64,000 nt of DNA from Patescibacteria group bacterium (GCA_018825365.1 JAHJEV010000003.1:2284-66283); one strand, 5' to 3'. Shown: positions 37,925 through 48,074, numbered from the stretch's first letter. A program made the numbers and translations. Notes: a model not told the origin generated them from the sequence alone.

Positions 37925-38158
37925 TTACTCTATGTGCTCCTCCAATGCGTCTATAACGTCCTGAACGGTTGCAAAGTTATTTATATCATCAACAAGGTTA
38001 ACATGGAAAGATTCTTCAATTTCTGAGAGAATCTCGATTAATTCCATCTCTCCGATGTTTAAATCATCTTCAAAATAGGCCTCTTCGGATATTTCCGAAG
38101 GCTCAAGTCCGGTTCTTTCTGATATTATTTTTTTTATTTTCGAAAAGTAATCTGTCAT
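37925..38158 (-). CDS. Acyl carrier protein homolog lacking the DSL serine
   Basis: ACP-like pattern (F.DDL....E..E....EE.F.....D......TV.D) and rnc-adjacent position; GEM in place of DSL. Confidence 0.8.
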   Translation of the reverse strand: MTDYFSKIKKIISERTGLEPSEISEEAYFEDDLNIGEMELIEILSEIEESFHVNLVDDINNFATVQDVIDALEEHIE

Positions 38159-38613
38159 TTTTCCTCCGTTTTTATAGTGTCGGCCTCTTCCGGCATGTAT
38201 TTTTCAACGACCGCTCCCAAAACCCCGTTTATGAATTTGTGAGAGGTGTCGTTGCCAAATTCTTTGGCAATCTCAACCGCTTCGTCTATCGCCACTTTCA
38301 CCGGTGTCTTTTTGCCAAATAGCGTTTCAAATATGGCAATTCTGAGTATTACTAAATCAATTTTGGCTATTTTGTCAATAGGCCACTCCGGTGCGCACTC
38401 CTCTATTATTCTGTCTATTTCTGAAGAATGGGTTTTTACACCATCGACAATAAATTTCGTAAGCTCGTTATCATACTCAATTCCCTCAGATTCAAGTATT
38501 TCCTTTGATGTTGCGACGCATTCCTCAAGATTAGGTTCGGCAAACTGCCATGAAAATATTGAAGATAATGCAAGTTTGCGGGATGTGTGTCTTGGATCAG
38601 TATCGGATTTCAT
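38155..38613 (-). CDS. nusB: Transcription antitermination factor NusB
   Basis: W...I..ID..ILR.AIFE, P.KVAIDEAVEIAK.FG...S.KFINGVL. Confidence 0.96.
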   Translation of the reverse strand: MKSDTDPRHTSRKLALSSIFSWQFAEPNLEECVATSKEILESEGIEYDNELTKFIVDGVKTHSSEIDRIIEECAPEWPIDKIAKIDLVILRIAIFETLFGKKTPVKVAIDEAVEIAKEFGNDTSHKFINGVLGAVVEKYMPEEADTIKTEEK

Positions 38614-38634
38614 TTTGTTTATGCCTTTTTTGGC

Positions 38635-38781
38635 TTATATTTCAATGTATTCCTCTACATGAGGTCTTTTATAACCCTTTTTATCCTTAGTTTTTATTAC
38701 CGATACTATCTCTCTATGGTAGTGAGTGTTTCTTTTCCTCCTTACGCGGCCTTTAGATGATCTTCTTTTTGGAACTGCCAT
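38635..38781 (-). CDS. rpmF: 50S ribosomal protein L32, 48 aa, Cys-free (not in the ORF track)
   Basis: MAVPKRRSSKGRVRRKRNTHYHREIVSVIKTKDKKGYKRPHVEEYIEI*. Confidence 0.9.
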   Translation of the reverse strand: MAVPKRRSSKGRVRRKRNTHYHREIVSVIKTKDKKGYKRPHVEEYIEI

Positions 38782-38931
38782 AAGTTTCTTTATTCTACCA
38801 ACTATTTATATGGAGTGGAATATACAAGTGAGCGGGGGTGGTGTCAATTGTAAGATGGATATAGGAAAAAATCTGCCGGCGTATCCTGATGATAACATAC
38901 CGGCAGATGTGCTACGTAGTGGCTTGGTTAG

Positions 38932-39162
38932 TCAGCCGCCTGGGTTAAAGGCAAGTTCGTAAATGTATTTCCCTCCTTCTTTTTTTATGAGTTTCTTTAC
39001 CTTGTAGGTAGTCGGAAACACAGTTTTGGAAACTTTCCAAGTTAACTTCTGACCTACTTTAAGTTCCACCGAGGTAGAAATAATCAAACCTTCAATTTCC
39101 ACCTCAATGACTTGTTCCGACCCATCCACATTTAGTAGGGCTTTCTTTTTATTTCCTAACAT
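38932..39162 (-). CDS. Hypothetical protein, 76 aa (orphan cassette)
   Basis: AGGAGAGAAAAATATG start; TTGAGT-17-TATAAT upstream; hairpin ATCTGCCGG...CCGGCAGAT downstream. Confidence 0.65.
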   Translation of the reverse strand: MLGNKKKALLNVDGSEQVIEVEIEGLIISTSVELKVGQKLTWKVSKTVFPTTYKVKKLIKKEGGKYIYELAFNPGG

Positions 39163-39268
39163 ATTTTTCTCTCCTTCTATGGATTTGTATTGAACCGAAA
39201 TTATAGCATGAATAAAAAACAAACTCAAGAAACTATGGGACGAAATACGGGTTGGGGTTTTGTTGTTG

Positions 39269-39850
39269 CTAAGCTTTTTCCAGCAGTGTGATGGTACTCT
39301 TACCGAATTTTCGTTCATCCGCAATAACAAGTGGTGTTCCCTGTATTAAGGGTGCCATCCTAAGTTCATCTCCATGAAAAAGGGCAATAATACCGTTTTC
39401 TTTTAATATATTTCCAAGATTTGAAACCAAGTGTCTATGAGATGTGTCTTTGTACCATGGGTCTAATAAAATGACGTCGTAATTTCTATCTGTATTAACA
39501 ACATACTTTCCAGCGTCTTTTCTAATCACCGAACTCTTTTCCAAAAAACCACACATGACTATGTTCTCTTCAATAACCTTAATACTTTCAGGGCTTTCGT
39601 CCACAAAATCACACCACAAGGCCCCTCTGCTCAAAGCCTCCAGACCCAAATTTCCACTTCCTGCAAAAAGATCCAAACAAACCGCATCTGTAATTTTTTC
39701 TCCCAGCATTGAAAAAAGTGAGGCCTTCGTAATTTCCTGCACTGCCCTAAAACCTTCAATATCCGGAGCTTTCAGTTTCTTGTTTTTAGCTGATCCAGTT
39801 ATTATCCTAATTTCTTTTTGCTTTTCCTGATCAAAATTTTGATTTTTCAT
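39269..39850 (-). CDS. rsmD: 16S rRNA m2G966 methyltransferase
   Basis: IRIITG, LDLFAGSG.LGLEALSRGA, D.ILLDPWY. Confidence 0.93.
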   Translation of the reverse strand: MKNQNFDQEKQKEIRIITGSAKNKKLKAPDIEGFRAVQEITKASLFSMLGEKITDAVCLDLFAGSGNLGLEALSRGALWCDFVDESPESIKVIEENIVMCGFLEKSSVIRKDAGKYVVNTDRNYDVILLDPWYKDTSHRHLVSNLGNILKENGIIALFHGDELRMAPLIQGTPLVIADERKFGKSTITLLEKA

Positions 39851-39851
39851 A

Positions 39852-41882
39852 TCAATTTGTGGTTATATACCTGCCCTTTCTTTGTGTCAATTTTTCCGAA
39901 AGCCTTGGGTACCCGCTAAGTTTTGGGTAGTACCTCTGGGCGCAAATTTTGGCTTCTTCAAGCATTTTAAGGTTCCCTAAATCAGCAATTTTAAGTTTTT
40001 TGAACCCATGCTGTGTGATTCCGAAAATGTCTCCCTGCCCTCTTGTTTCCAAGTCTTTCTCGGCAAGCTTGATTCCATCTTTGCACTCCTCAAGGTATTT
40101 TAATCTTTTATAAGCATTTCTTGAGTTATTGCTCATAAATGTGAAACAGTAACCTTCTTTGTCTGATCTTCCCACCCTTCCTCTTAATTGGTGAAGGCTT
40201 GCAAGTCCGTATCTTTCTGCGCTTTCAATTACAATTACTGCCGCGTCCGGTACGTCTATCCCAACCTCAATAACTGGAGTTGAGACCAGGATTTTTATTT
40301 CTCCGTTTCTGAATTTTTTAACTACTTCCTCCTTTTCTTTTGGCCTCATCCTTCCATGTAGCAGTCCGGTTTTTATCCCTTTAAAAATTCCGTTGGTTAA
40401 ATTCTCAAACTCGACCGTTGCTGCCTTAACTTCTTCCAAAGTTTCACTTTCCGACTCGCTTATTAAGGGACAAACTATAAATGTAGGTTCGTTTTTTTCT
40501 TTTATCCATCGGTACACTTGCTCCCTCATTTTTTTCGGAACTACTTTTGTGATTATCCTTCTTTGTTCAAATGGAAAGTCTTTTAAGACGGAGATACTTA
40601 GATCGCCATATAAAGTAAGAGCCAGTGTACGGGGAATTGGAGTTGCAGTCATTGTTAAAAGGTGGGGCTTTAAGTTTCCTTCTGTAAGACCCATTATTTT
40701 TCCTCTTTGCTCTACTCCAAACCTGTGCTGTTCATCAATAACTACAAGTCCGATATCTTTGTATTTATCTTTTGCAAATAGTAAAGCATGGGTTCCGACC
40801 AAAACATCCCAGTTGTTAGACTTTTTCTTCTTGCTTCCGGTTTCCAACTCGACTTTCATGTTGGTTTTTTTAAGAATTTTGTTAAATGTTTCAAAATGCT
40901 GGTTTGCCAGAATTTCGGTTGGTGCCATATACAAAGTTTTCAGGTTATTAATATGTGCAAGATACGAGGCAACTATCGCAAGAATAGTTTTTCCCGTTCC
41001 AACGTCTCCTTCCAAAAGTCTATTCATGGGAATTGATTTTTGAAGATCTCCAAGTATCTCTGAGAGAGCCGTTTTTTGCGAATTAGTAAGTTTAAAGGGT
41101 AATCCGTCTACTAATTTTGTGGTCTCTTTTTCAAAAGCTTTAAATTTATTCCCTTTAAGTTTTTTTGACCATTCATGTTTCTTTTTCTCAACGTTTAGAA
41201 GTTCGATAAAAAGCTCTTCAAATGCAAACCTTTCTAAATTTTCTTTAGCCTCTATTTCAGATTTTGGAAAATGAATGCTTTCTATTCCCTTTTTTACGTC
41301 TTTAAACTTCTTATCTTTTAAAACTTCCTCCGGGAGAAATTCTTCAAGATTATTTTGTGAATTTAAAATTAATTTTACTTTTCCTCTGATCCATTTTGAT
41401 GTAATCCCGTAGGTTGTCGGATATATGGGTACAAGCCTTCCGGTGTGAACGTTTTCCAATATTTGATTTTCTCCTTCGTTTGTTTGTTCAAGCTCGGGAG
41501 ATATAAAACAAAGCTTGTTGTTAAATGTTCCGACTTTCCCGCTAAGAGAATAGTTTTTTCCCGTGTTTAAAGATTTTTTTAGGTAAGTTTGGTTAAACCA
41601 AATAAGTTCTATCTCTCCGGTGTGGTCTAAAAACTTTGCCCTTGTTAAACCCTTACCGTATTTTGTGAATATATTTTCCACCGGTCCTAGTATTCCCCTC
41701 ACGGTAACTATGTCTCCTAGCTTTAACTGACCTACCGTTTTTACTATTGAAAAATCGTCGTATCTAAATGGAAAGTAGTACAAAAGATCTTCAACAGTGA
41801 AAATTTCAAGTTTTTCAAGCATCTCTTTGTACCTCGGTCCTATTTTTGGGATTTCCGAAACTGGAGATTCTACTTTAATCAT
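39852..41882 (-). CDS. recG: ATP-dependent DNA helicase RecG
   Basis: MNRLLEGDVGTGKT, DEQHRFGV, TATPIPRT, LHQLRGRVGR. Confidence 0.97.
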   Translation of the reverse strand: MIKVESPVSEIPKIGPRYKEMLEKLEIFTVEDLLYYFPFRYDDFSIVKTVGQLKLGDIVTVRGILGPVENIFTKYGKGLTRAKFLDHTGEIELIWFNQTYLKKSLNTGKNYSLSGKVGTFNNKLCFISPELEQTNEGENQILENVHTGRLVPIYPTTYGITSKWIRGKVKLILNSQNNLEEFLPEEVLKDKKFKDVKKGIESIHFPKSEIEAKENLERFAFEELFIELLNVEKKKHEWSKKLKGNKFKAFEKETTKLVDGLPFKLTNSQKTALSEILGDLQKSIPMNRLLEGDVGTGKTILAIVASYLAHINNLKTLYMAPTEILANQHFETFNKILKKTNMKVELETGSKKKKSNNWDVLVGTHALLFAKDKYKDIGLVVIDEQHRFGVEQRGKIMGLTEGNLKPHLLTMTATPIPRTLALTLYGDLSISVLKDFPFEQRRIITKVVPKKMREQVYRWIKEKNEPTFIVCPLISESESETLEEVKAATVEFENLTNGIFKGIKTGLLHGRMRPKEKEEVVKKFRNGEIKILVSTPVIEVGIDVPDAAVIVIESAERYGLASLHQLRGRVGRSDKEGYCFTFMSNNSRNAYKRLKYLEECKDGIKLAEKDLETRGQGDIFGITQHGFKKLKIADLGNLKMLEEAKICAQRYYPKLSGYPRLSEKLTQRKGRYITTN

Positions 41883-41951
41883 GATAATATTCTACCAATT
41901 TTCGGATAACGTTCGTATATTGATGTTAGAAACATCAAAAAGGAGAGAAAA

Positions 41952-42221
41952 ATGTTGTGGTTTAGAAGTGAGTCGGAGTTGTTCAAATGCGTTAACGAAT
42001 TTAACGCAGGGTGCGGGAAACCTGAGAATAAGATTAGGGTTCGGTATGGTGCCAACTTTTTCAAATTCAGGAAACGGAAAGTTGGAAAAGAGATCATACT
42101 TGCATGTGTCGGGTTTAACGAAGTTAATGTCGAGCAAAACCGAAATTTTGTGATGTTTATGAACTGTCTAGAAAATCGGGATTATCTTGACACCAACACA
42201 CCGCATCCTCTTGTAATGTAA
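41952..42221 (+). CDS. Hypothetical protein, 89 aa (orphan cassette)
   Basis: AGGAGAGAAAAATG start; terminator hairpin at 42243-42271. Confidence 0.6.
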   Translation: MLWFRSESELFKCVNEFNAGCGKPENKIRVRYGANFFKFRKRKVGKEIILACVGFNEVNVEQNRNFVMFMNCLENRDYLDTNTPHPLVM

Positions 42222-42242
42222 GAAAAGTTAAAGAGTAATATA

Positions 42243-42278
42243 AAGGTCATTTCATAAGCTGAGGTGACCTTCTTTTTT
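42243..42278. terminator. Probable bidirectional terminator
   Basis: AAGGTCAtttc...gaggTGACCTT followed by a T tract, between convergent ORFs. Confidence 0.65.
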
Positions 42279-42423
42279 ACAGAATGTAAGGTAGAATCGA
42301 AGCCAGAATAAGTGCGAGAGTTGCGAATACAACAACAGACTTCAGAAGGTTTTCTTTTCTAAATATTCTTTTTATCGATCTTTTTATGTCTCGTTTTTTC
42401 TCTTTCTCCATTTTAAAGATCAT
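42277..42423 (-). CDS. Small basic tail-anchored membrane protein, 48 aa (not in the ORF track)
   Basis: MIFKMEKEKKRDIKRSIKRIFRKENLLKSVVVFATLALILASILPYIL*; TAATG overlap with the tyrS stop. Confidence 0.65.
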   Translation of the reverse strand: MIFKMEKEKKRDIKRSIKRIFRKENLLKSVVVFATLALILASILPYIL

Positions 42424-43628
42424 TACGCCACCTCAAAAAATTTTCTCTTACCAAATTTTATAATGGTTCCTTTTTTAAATTCTATAAGAAGATACGGATC
42501 TGTGATTTTGTTTTCATCCACCTCTACCCCTCCCTGTTCTACAAGTCTTTTTATTTCACTTACCGACATTTCATCATTTACGTTTTTTAGAAACTCTATT
42601 AACTGCAATGTACCGCTGACCCTAGTTTTAACGACTGACTCAGCTGTTATTTCCTTGTTTTGTACAGTCTTTTCGAAGTGCTCCTGAGCTCTTTTAGCTT
42701 CTTTTTCTCCTCTTATCATTTTTGTTATCTCGTAAGCCATTAGCTTTTTGAATTTCATTGGATTTTCTCCCTGCTTCATTTCTTGTTCCATATTCCAGAT
42801 TTCTTCTAAAGGTACATCCGTCATTACCCTTAATCCTTTCAGGACAAGTTCGTCCGGATAGGACATACCCTTTCCGTAAATATCTTGCGCACTATCATCA
42901 AGATTTATTCCGTTTCCACTGGTTTTTGACATGGTCATCGCATTGGGAGCCTCCATAAGCTCATGGGCTCTGACAAACTTTTCTTTGTTGTTATATATTT
43001 TTGAAAGTTGTCTTCCCACTATCATGTTGAAAAGCTGATCGTTTCCACCGATTTCAAGATCAACATTCATAGCTACAGAATCGTAACCTTGCATTAGTGG
43101 ATAAATAAACTCCTGAAGACCAATCGGGATTCTTTCTTTTAGTTTTTTTTGAAATAGTTCCCTTTCAATCATCTGCTGAACGGTTGTTTTGGACATAAGT
43201 TCAATAAGATCTTTTAGTTTGAGTTTTGAGAGCCACTCCGAATTTCTTATAAATTTAGCTGGGTTTTTACCTCTAAAGTCTATTAAACTCCCCGCCTGCT
43301 TTTTCCAGCCACGCATGTTTTCCTGAATTTCTTCCTCAGTCATTATTTTTCTGTATTTTCCATCACTTGGATCCCCGCATATGGCGGTAAAGTCCCCTAC
43401 CAAAAATATGACCTCATGTCCCAGCTGCTGAAGCATTCTCAAAGCTCTAATTCCCATGGCGTGGCCGACATGAAGGTGCGGCCCCGAAGGATCAAATCCG
43501 CAATAGGCTTTTATTCTCTCACCCGACATCAGTTTTTCGCGTAAAGCATCAGCCGATGGAACCACAATTTCAACACCTCTGGTAAGGAATTTTTCTATTA
43601 GTTTTTCGTCTTTCAGAACTTTTGCCAT
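42423..43628 (-). CDS. tyrS: Tyrosine--tRNA ligase
   Basis: YCGFDPS..HLHVGH, YPLMQGYD, EIGGNDQ.FN, TMSKT, C-terminal S4 domain. Confidence 0.97.
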   Translation of the reverse strand: MAKVLKDEKLIEKFLTRGVEIVVPSADALREKLMSGERIKAYCGFDPSGPHLHVGHAMGIRALRMLQQLGHEVIFLVGDFTAICGDPSDGKYRKIMTEEEIQENMRGWKKQAGSLIDFRGKNPAKFIRNSEWLSKLKLKDLIELMSKTTVQQMIERELFQKKLKERIPIGLQEFIYPLMQGYDSVAMNVDLEIGGNDQLFNMIVGRQLSKIYNNKEKFVRAHELMEAPNAMTMSKTSGNGINLDDSAQDIYGKGMSYPDELVLKGLRVMTDVPLEEIWNMEQEMKQGENPMKFKKLMAYEITKMIRGEKEAKRAQEHFEKTVQNKEITAESVVKTRVSGTLQLIEFLKNVNDEMSVSEIKRLVEQGGVEVDENKITDPYLLIEFKKGTIIKFGKRKFFEVA

Positions 43629-43715
43629 GGTAAAAGTATATCAAAGTTGGGGAAAAAGAGTTATAGAAAAAGAATAACCTCTGTAAATTGTTCTACAGAG
43701 GTTTTCAGTAATTTA

Positions 43716-44045
43716 TTAGAAACTAAATTTGTGTGTCTTGATGATTTCAACTTTGTATTTACCGATATGGTTGAGTTTCAACGCTTCTCGAACAACTACG
43801 TCCCAGTCCCTTTGAGATTTTTTCGTTCTGTAAACCAGCGTGTATTCTTTGCCTATGGTGAGGTGTTTTTGGGATGATAGAACACCCTGTACTGCATTAC
43901 CAGTATCACTCATGGAACATTCAATAGTTCCTGAGGATACTTCCCAGCATCCTAACCAGATTTTCACGGAAAATGCTACAGTGCTCTTCCGCCCCGCATT
44001 TTTCTTTTTTGAACTTCCCGTTTTTCTGAAATCATGCAATTCCAT
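43716..44045 (-). CDS. Hypothetical protein, 109 aa (orphan cassette)
   Basis: AGGAGAGAAAAATG start; TATAAT upstream; hairpin AACCTCTGTA-aattgttc-TACAGAGGTT downstream. Confidence 0.65.
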   Translation of the reverse strand: MELHDFRKTGSSKKKNAGRKSTVAFSVKIWLGCWEVSSGTIECSMSDTGNAVQGVLSSQKHLTIGKEYTLVYRTKKSQRDWDVVVREALKLNHIGKYKVEIIKTHKFSF

Positions 44046-44135
44046 TTTTCTCTCCTGTTCGAATGATTTTGCGAATGTTACGACATTATACTATTAGGCT
44101 AGGAGATAAATCAAATCTTATTTTGATATAATAAA

Positions 44136-46895
44136 TTGATGCAAGACAGGGCCTCATTACAAGATAATCCATGGGGGAATTACCGCAAATCATCCTTTTC
44201 TAGAGGAAGATCCCCATTTTTAAAGATAAAGAGTAAAATTAGAAATATAGTTTTTTGGGTTAGAAAGAAATTACATATAATTTTGGGGAAACCTCACTTG
44301 AGTTCAAAAGACAAATACTTATCTGCTTCACAAAGAAGGAAAAGACTTTATCTTAGAACTTATCTTGCATCCATAGCCTTAGTTTTAGTCGCCGGAGGCT
44401 TCTTTTTAGTAATCATTGTGTTTGCAGTTTTCTCGCGTGATCTTCCAAACCCAAATCAACTTTTGGAAAGAACTTACGAACTTTCAACGAGATTTTATGA
44501 CAAAAACGGCGAGCTTTTATATGAGGTTTATGGTGATAAGAATAGAACTCTTGTAAAACTTGAAGACGTGTCTCCCGATGTTGCACACGCAACTCTATCG
44601 GCGGAAGATTCAGAGTTTTATCTTCATAAGGGCTACTCTCTAAGGGGAATTTTTAGGGCCCTTAAAAACATAGTTACAGGTGGGGGTTTGCAGGGAGGTT
44701 CCACTTTAACTCAACAGGCAATTAAAAACTCACTTCTTACTCAAGACAGAACAATTACGAGAAAAATAAAGGAATTAATACTTTCTTTGCAGCTTGAAAA
44801 TAGATACACAAAAGACGAAATAATGCAGATGTATCTTAATGAAAGCCCCTATGGGGGTTTAAACTATGGCATATATAGCGCGGCAAAAGCTTACTTTAAT
44901 AAAACTCCTAAGGACCTTACTCTTTCCGAGTCCGCATATCTTGCGGGTCTTACACAAAGTCCCACATATTACTCTCAGTTTGGTTCCAATCCCGAGGCCG
45001 GTATTGAACGAAGAAATTATGTTTTATATCTAATGAAGGAAAGAGGTTGGGTGGCCGCCGATGGGAAGAGGTATTACATCAGTCAGGAAGAGCATGACAG
45101 GGCAAGAGAGGAAGTTTTGAAGTTTGATATGGAAAAGGTTCCTGTTGAGGCTCCCCATTTTGTTTACTACGTCAAACAATTTTTGGTTGATATTTTGGGG
45201 ACCGAGGCTGTTGAGACTGGAGGTTTAAGAGTTACTACCACCCTTGATTTAAAAGCACAAAGACTTGCTCAAGATATAGTTACAAAGGAAATAGAAACGA
45301 ACAAAAAAAGTCTAAATATGTACAACGGAGTGATGGTTGTTTTAGATCCAAAAACCGGGGGGATTTTAGCGATGGTGGGTTCCAGGGGTTACAATCTGGA
45401 CCCGGAGCCTTTAAACTGTGTTTCAGGCGGGACCGGTGAGAATAGCTGTAAGTTTGACCCCTATGTTAATGTCACTATGTCTAAAAGACAGCCCGGATCC
45501 GCGATAAAGCCGATTACTTATGCCACTTTATTATCCCAGGGCTACACCGCAGCCTATCCCCTGCTTGACGTTCCGACAAAATTTGAGGGTGCTGCTCCCG
45601 ATCAGCCGTATGTTCCAGTAAATTACGATGGGAAGTTTAGAGGGCCGATGTCAATGAGAAAAGCTCTTGGAAACTCCATAAATGTTGCAGCCGTCAAGGC
45701 TTTGAAAATTGCAGGGATCGGAAACATGATCGATCAGGCTGAAAAAATGGGAATCACAACCTTTAAAGACCGAACAAGGTATGGTTTAGCACTAACTCTT
45801 GGCGGCGGGGAAACGAAACTGTTGGAACTTACTGGCGCCTTTGCAGTTTTTGCTGACAAGGGAATCTATAAACAACCTATCCCAATAATTGAAGTTACTG
45901 ATTCTAAAGGAAATGTGATTTATAGACCTTCAGATACTAATAAAAGAGTACTTAGCGAAGAAAATGCCTTCATTATCTCAGATATTTTGTCTGATGACGG
46001 GGCAAGATCCGAAGTTTTTGGTGCCGGAAGCCTTCTTAACATTTACGGGAGACAAGTGGCCGTTAAAACGGGAACCACAGATGATAAAAGGGATAACTAT
46101 GCAATTGGTTATACCCCATCGGTCGTAGCAGGAGTTTGGGTCGGGAACAATAACAACGAAAAGATGAACCCCTATGTTGCGTCCGGTATATCAGGCGCTA
46201 CTCCTATTTGGAATAAATTTATGACCGCTTATTTAAAGGATAACCCAGTTGAAAAATTTGAGGCTCCAAAGACCGTTAAAAAGATGGAGGTTGATAAACT
46301 AACCGGGGGCCTTCCTTACAAAGATTATGATAAGAGAAATGAATGGTTTGCCCAAAACACCGAACCTACTGCTGTTAGTGATTGGTATCAGAGAATTACA
46401 ATATGCGAAGTTGATGGAAGAATAGCAAATTCTGGGTGTATTGATGCAGATAAAGATAAAACGGTGGATTTTATAAAAGTCAAAGCGGAGCTTCCTATTT
46501 GGCAAAGTGATGTGGATGCTTGGATTAAGGAAAACTACAACAATGATAAAAAATACTTCCCACCTCTCATGACTTCAAAGCTTGAGTTTGATGGAGATAG
46601 TGTTTCAAATAAAGATGAGGTTTTTACTCAAATTGTTGGGATAAAAAGTGGAGATTTGGTTCCACTTACATTTAGGCTTACGGCTGAAGTTTCGTGTGCA
46701 AATGATGTGGATAAAGTCACTTTTTATATGGATGATGAAAACAAAGGTGAGGATAGTAAAGCCCCATATGCCAAGACGTTTGAACTTAAAGCTTCTGATA
46801 TTGGAATACATAAGTTTAGGGTTGTTGCGAAAGATGATAAGGGAAACAAGGGAGAACACGAGATTTCTTTGAATGTTATTGGTTATACCAATTAG
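44136..46895 (+). CDS. Class A penicillin-binding protein (PBP1A-type) with C-terminal Ig-like domain
   Basis: AEDSEFYLH, QGGSTLTQQ, RKIKE; QPGSAIKP, S.N, KTGTT; C-terminal APY...H...VVAKDDKGN. Confidence 0.95.
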   Translation: MMQDRASLQDNPWGNYRKSSFSRGRSPFLKIKSKIRNIVFWVRKKLHIILGKPHLSSKDKYLSASQRRKRLYLRTYLASIALVLVAGGFFLVIIVFAVFSRDLPNPNQLLERTYELSTRFYDKNGELLYEVYGDKNRTLVKLEDVSPDVAHATLSAEDSEFYLHKGYSLRGIFRALKNIVTGGGLQGGSTLTQQAIKNSLLTQDRTITRKIKELILSLQLENRYTKDEIMQMYLNESPYGGLNYGIYSAAKAYFNKTPKDLTLSESAYLAGLTQSPTYYSQFGSNPEAGIERRNYVLYLMKERGWVAADGKRYYISQEEHDRAREEVLKFDMEKVPVEAPHFVYYVKQFLVDILGTEAVETGGLRVTTTLDLKAQRLAQDIVTKEIETNKKSLNMYNGVMVVLDPKTGGILAMVGSRGYNLDPEPLNCVSGGTGENSCKFDPYVNVTMSKRQPGSAIKPITYATLLSQGYTAAYPLLDVPTKFEGAAPDQPYVPVNYDGKFRGPMSMRKALGNSINVAAVKALKIAGIGNMIDQAEKMGITTFKDRTRYGLALTLGGGETKLLELTGAFAVFADKGIYKQPIPIIEVTDSKGNVIYRPSDTNKRVLSEENAFIISDILSDDGARSEVFGAGSLLNIYGRQVAVKTGTTDDKRDNYAIGYTPSVVAGVWVGNNNNEKMNPYVASGISGATPIWNKFMTAYLKDNPVEKFEAPKTVKKMEVDKLTGGLPYKDYDKRNEWFAQNTEPTAVSDWYQRITICEVDGRIANSGCIDADKDKTVDFIKVKAELPIWQSDVDAWIKENYNNDKKYFPPLMTSKLEFDGDSVSNKDEVFTQIVGIKSGDLVPLTFRLTAEVSCANDVDKVTFYMDDENKGEDSKAPYAKTFELKASDIGIHKFRVVAKDDKGNKGEHEISLNVIGYTN

Positions 46896-47097
46896 ATGTA
46901 GAGTTTCTGATGTATAACATCCATGTTTCCTTCTTCTACAGTATGGAAATACACAACTTCTCTGTAGTAGACAGTAGTCGAAGAACAATCTTATCTACTT
47001 ATTGGTCTTCTCATTTATGCAGTGGGGTGGCCATCTTGAGCGGAACGCTAAGGCGTTAGAAGCATGTTAAACCTCACACTATCCGCAACAATTACGC

Positions 47098-47126
47098 TTG
47101 ACAAATTGTTGAACCTATAGTACACT
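47098..47126 (+). promoter_or_regulatory. Sigma70-type promoter
   Basis: TTGACA-17 nt-TACACT upstream of the lipoprotein gene. Confidence 0.7.
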
Positions 47127-47195
47127 GACACCATAGTAATCAATAAGACGCTCAAAATTAAGCGTCCCTATCATATCCCAAATAAGGAGATTACG

Positions 47196-47876
47196 ATGAA
47201 AAGGATTATTGTCACGCTCGCGTTTTTTGTTCTGTCTTTGGCATTGGTCGCTTGCGGTGCCAAGGCTCAGGATGCTTCAATCATGCCTACACCAACGCCA
47301 GCCCCATTTGAGGGAAAAGTAACACTGGTCTATCAGTACGAAACTTTGCCGAAATGGGTTGAAATGGAGAACCTCCCACTTACTGAGGATGTTCCCATCT
47401 CATTCAATAACGACGAAGGTTGGTCTGAAGTGGAAATCTCTATGATTCCCTATGAAGGTGTGGAGCTATTCTCTCTTGAAGCCAACTCTCCGGATTATTA
47501 TCATAAAAAGGAGATAATCGGTGGTTGTCATTGGGTATGGTACGGCCGAGAGAGCGACGATGATACCCTTTACAATGAGTGGTGGCACCCGTGGGCGGAC
47601 GCCAATTATAACCAGTGTACTTCTCTGGAAAAAGGAGCGTCCTTGGCCGATATTGTGGTCTCAATGGCATATTGTAGGCCCTTTGAAAATGGTACTCTGT
47701 GTACTAAGCAAGGACTTACGGTGCTAATTGAATCCGACAGCATTTCATTCACTGCTGAAGGAACATTTCTACCACAGTATAGGGAATGGGTTGAGCAGGT
47801 TGTAAAGTACTTTGGGGGTTATCCCGAATTACCCGAAGTTCTTCAACCGAACTACAACTACACTCTCTTCAAGTAA
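47196..47876 (+). CDS. Putative lipoprotein (hypothetical)
   Basis: Lipobox LVA|C after a signal peptide; SD TAAGGAG. Confidence 0.75.
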   Translation: MKRIIVTLAFFVLSLALVACGAKAQDASIMPTPTPAPFEGKVTLVYQYETLPKWVEMENLPLTEDVPISFNNDEGWSEVEISMIPYEGVELFSLEANSPDYYHKKEIIGGCHWVWYGRESDDDTLYNEWWHPWADANYNQCTSLEKGASLADIVVSMAYCRPFENGTLCTKQGLTVLIESDSISFTAEGTFLPQYREWVEQVVKYFGGYPELPEVLQPNYNYTLFK

Positions 47877-47884
47877 CTATAGAC

Positions 47885-47929
47885 CCCACCTGGTTGGATT
47901 GTAAGTTTGACCAGGTGGGATTTTGTTTT
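47885..47929 (+). terminator. Intrinsic terminator
   Basis: CCCACCTGGTt...gACCAGGTGGG followed by attttgtttt. Confidence 0.75.
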
Positions 47930-48074
47930 CTATAAACTTTTTTCTCTGGTAAAATAAAGGTAACACTATGGAAGAAAGGTAAGAGAACTAGTCATACGTT
48001 TGGTGACCCCAGTTAACTTTTATATCTATATATCCTTGGCACTTTTTCCTATAACTGATATATTTGTTATATCC

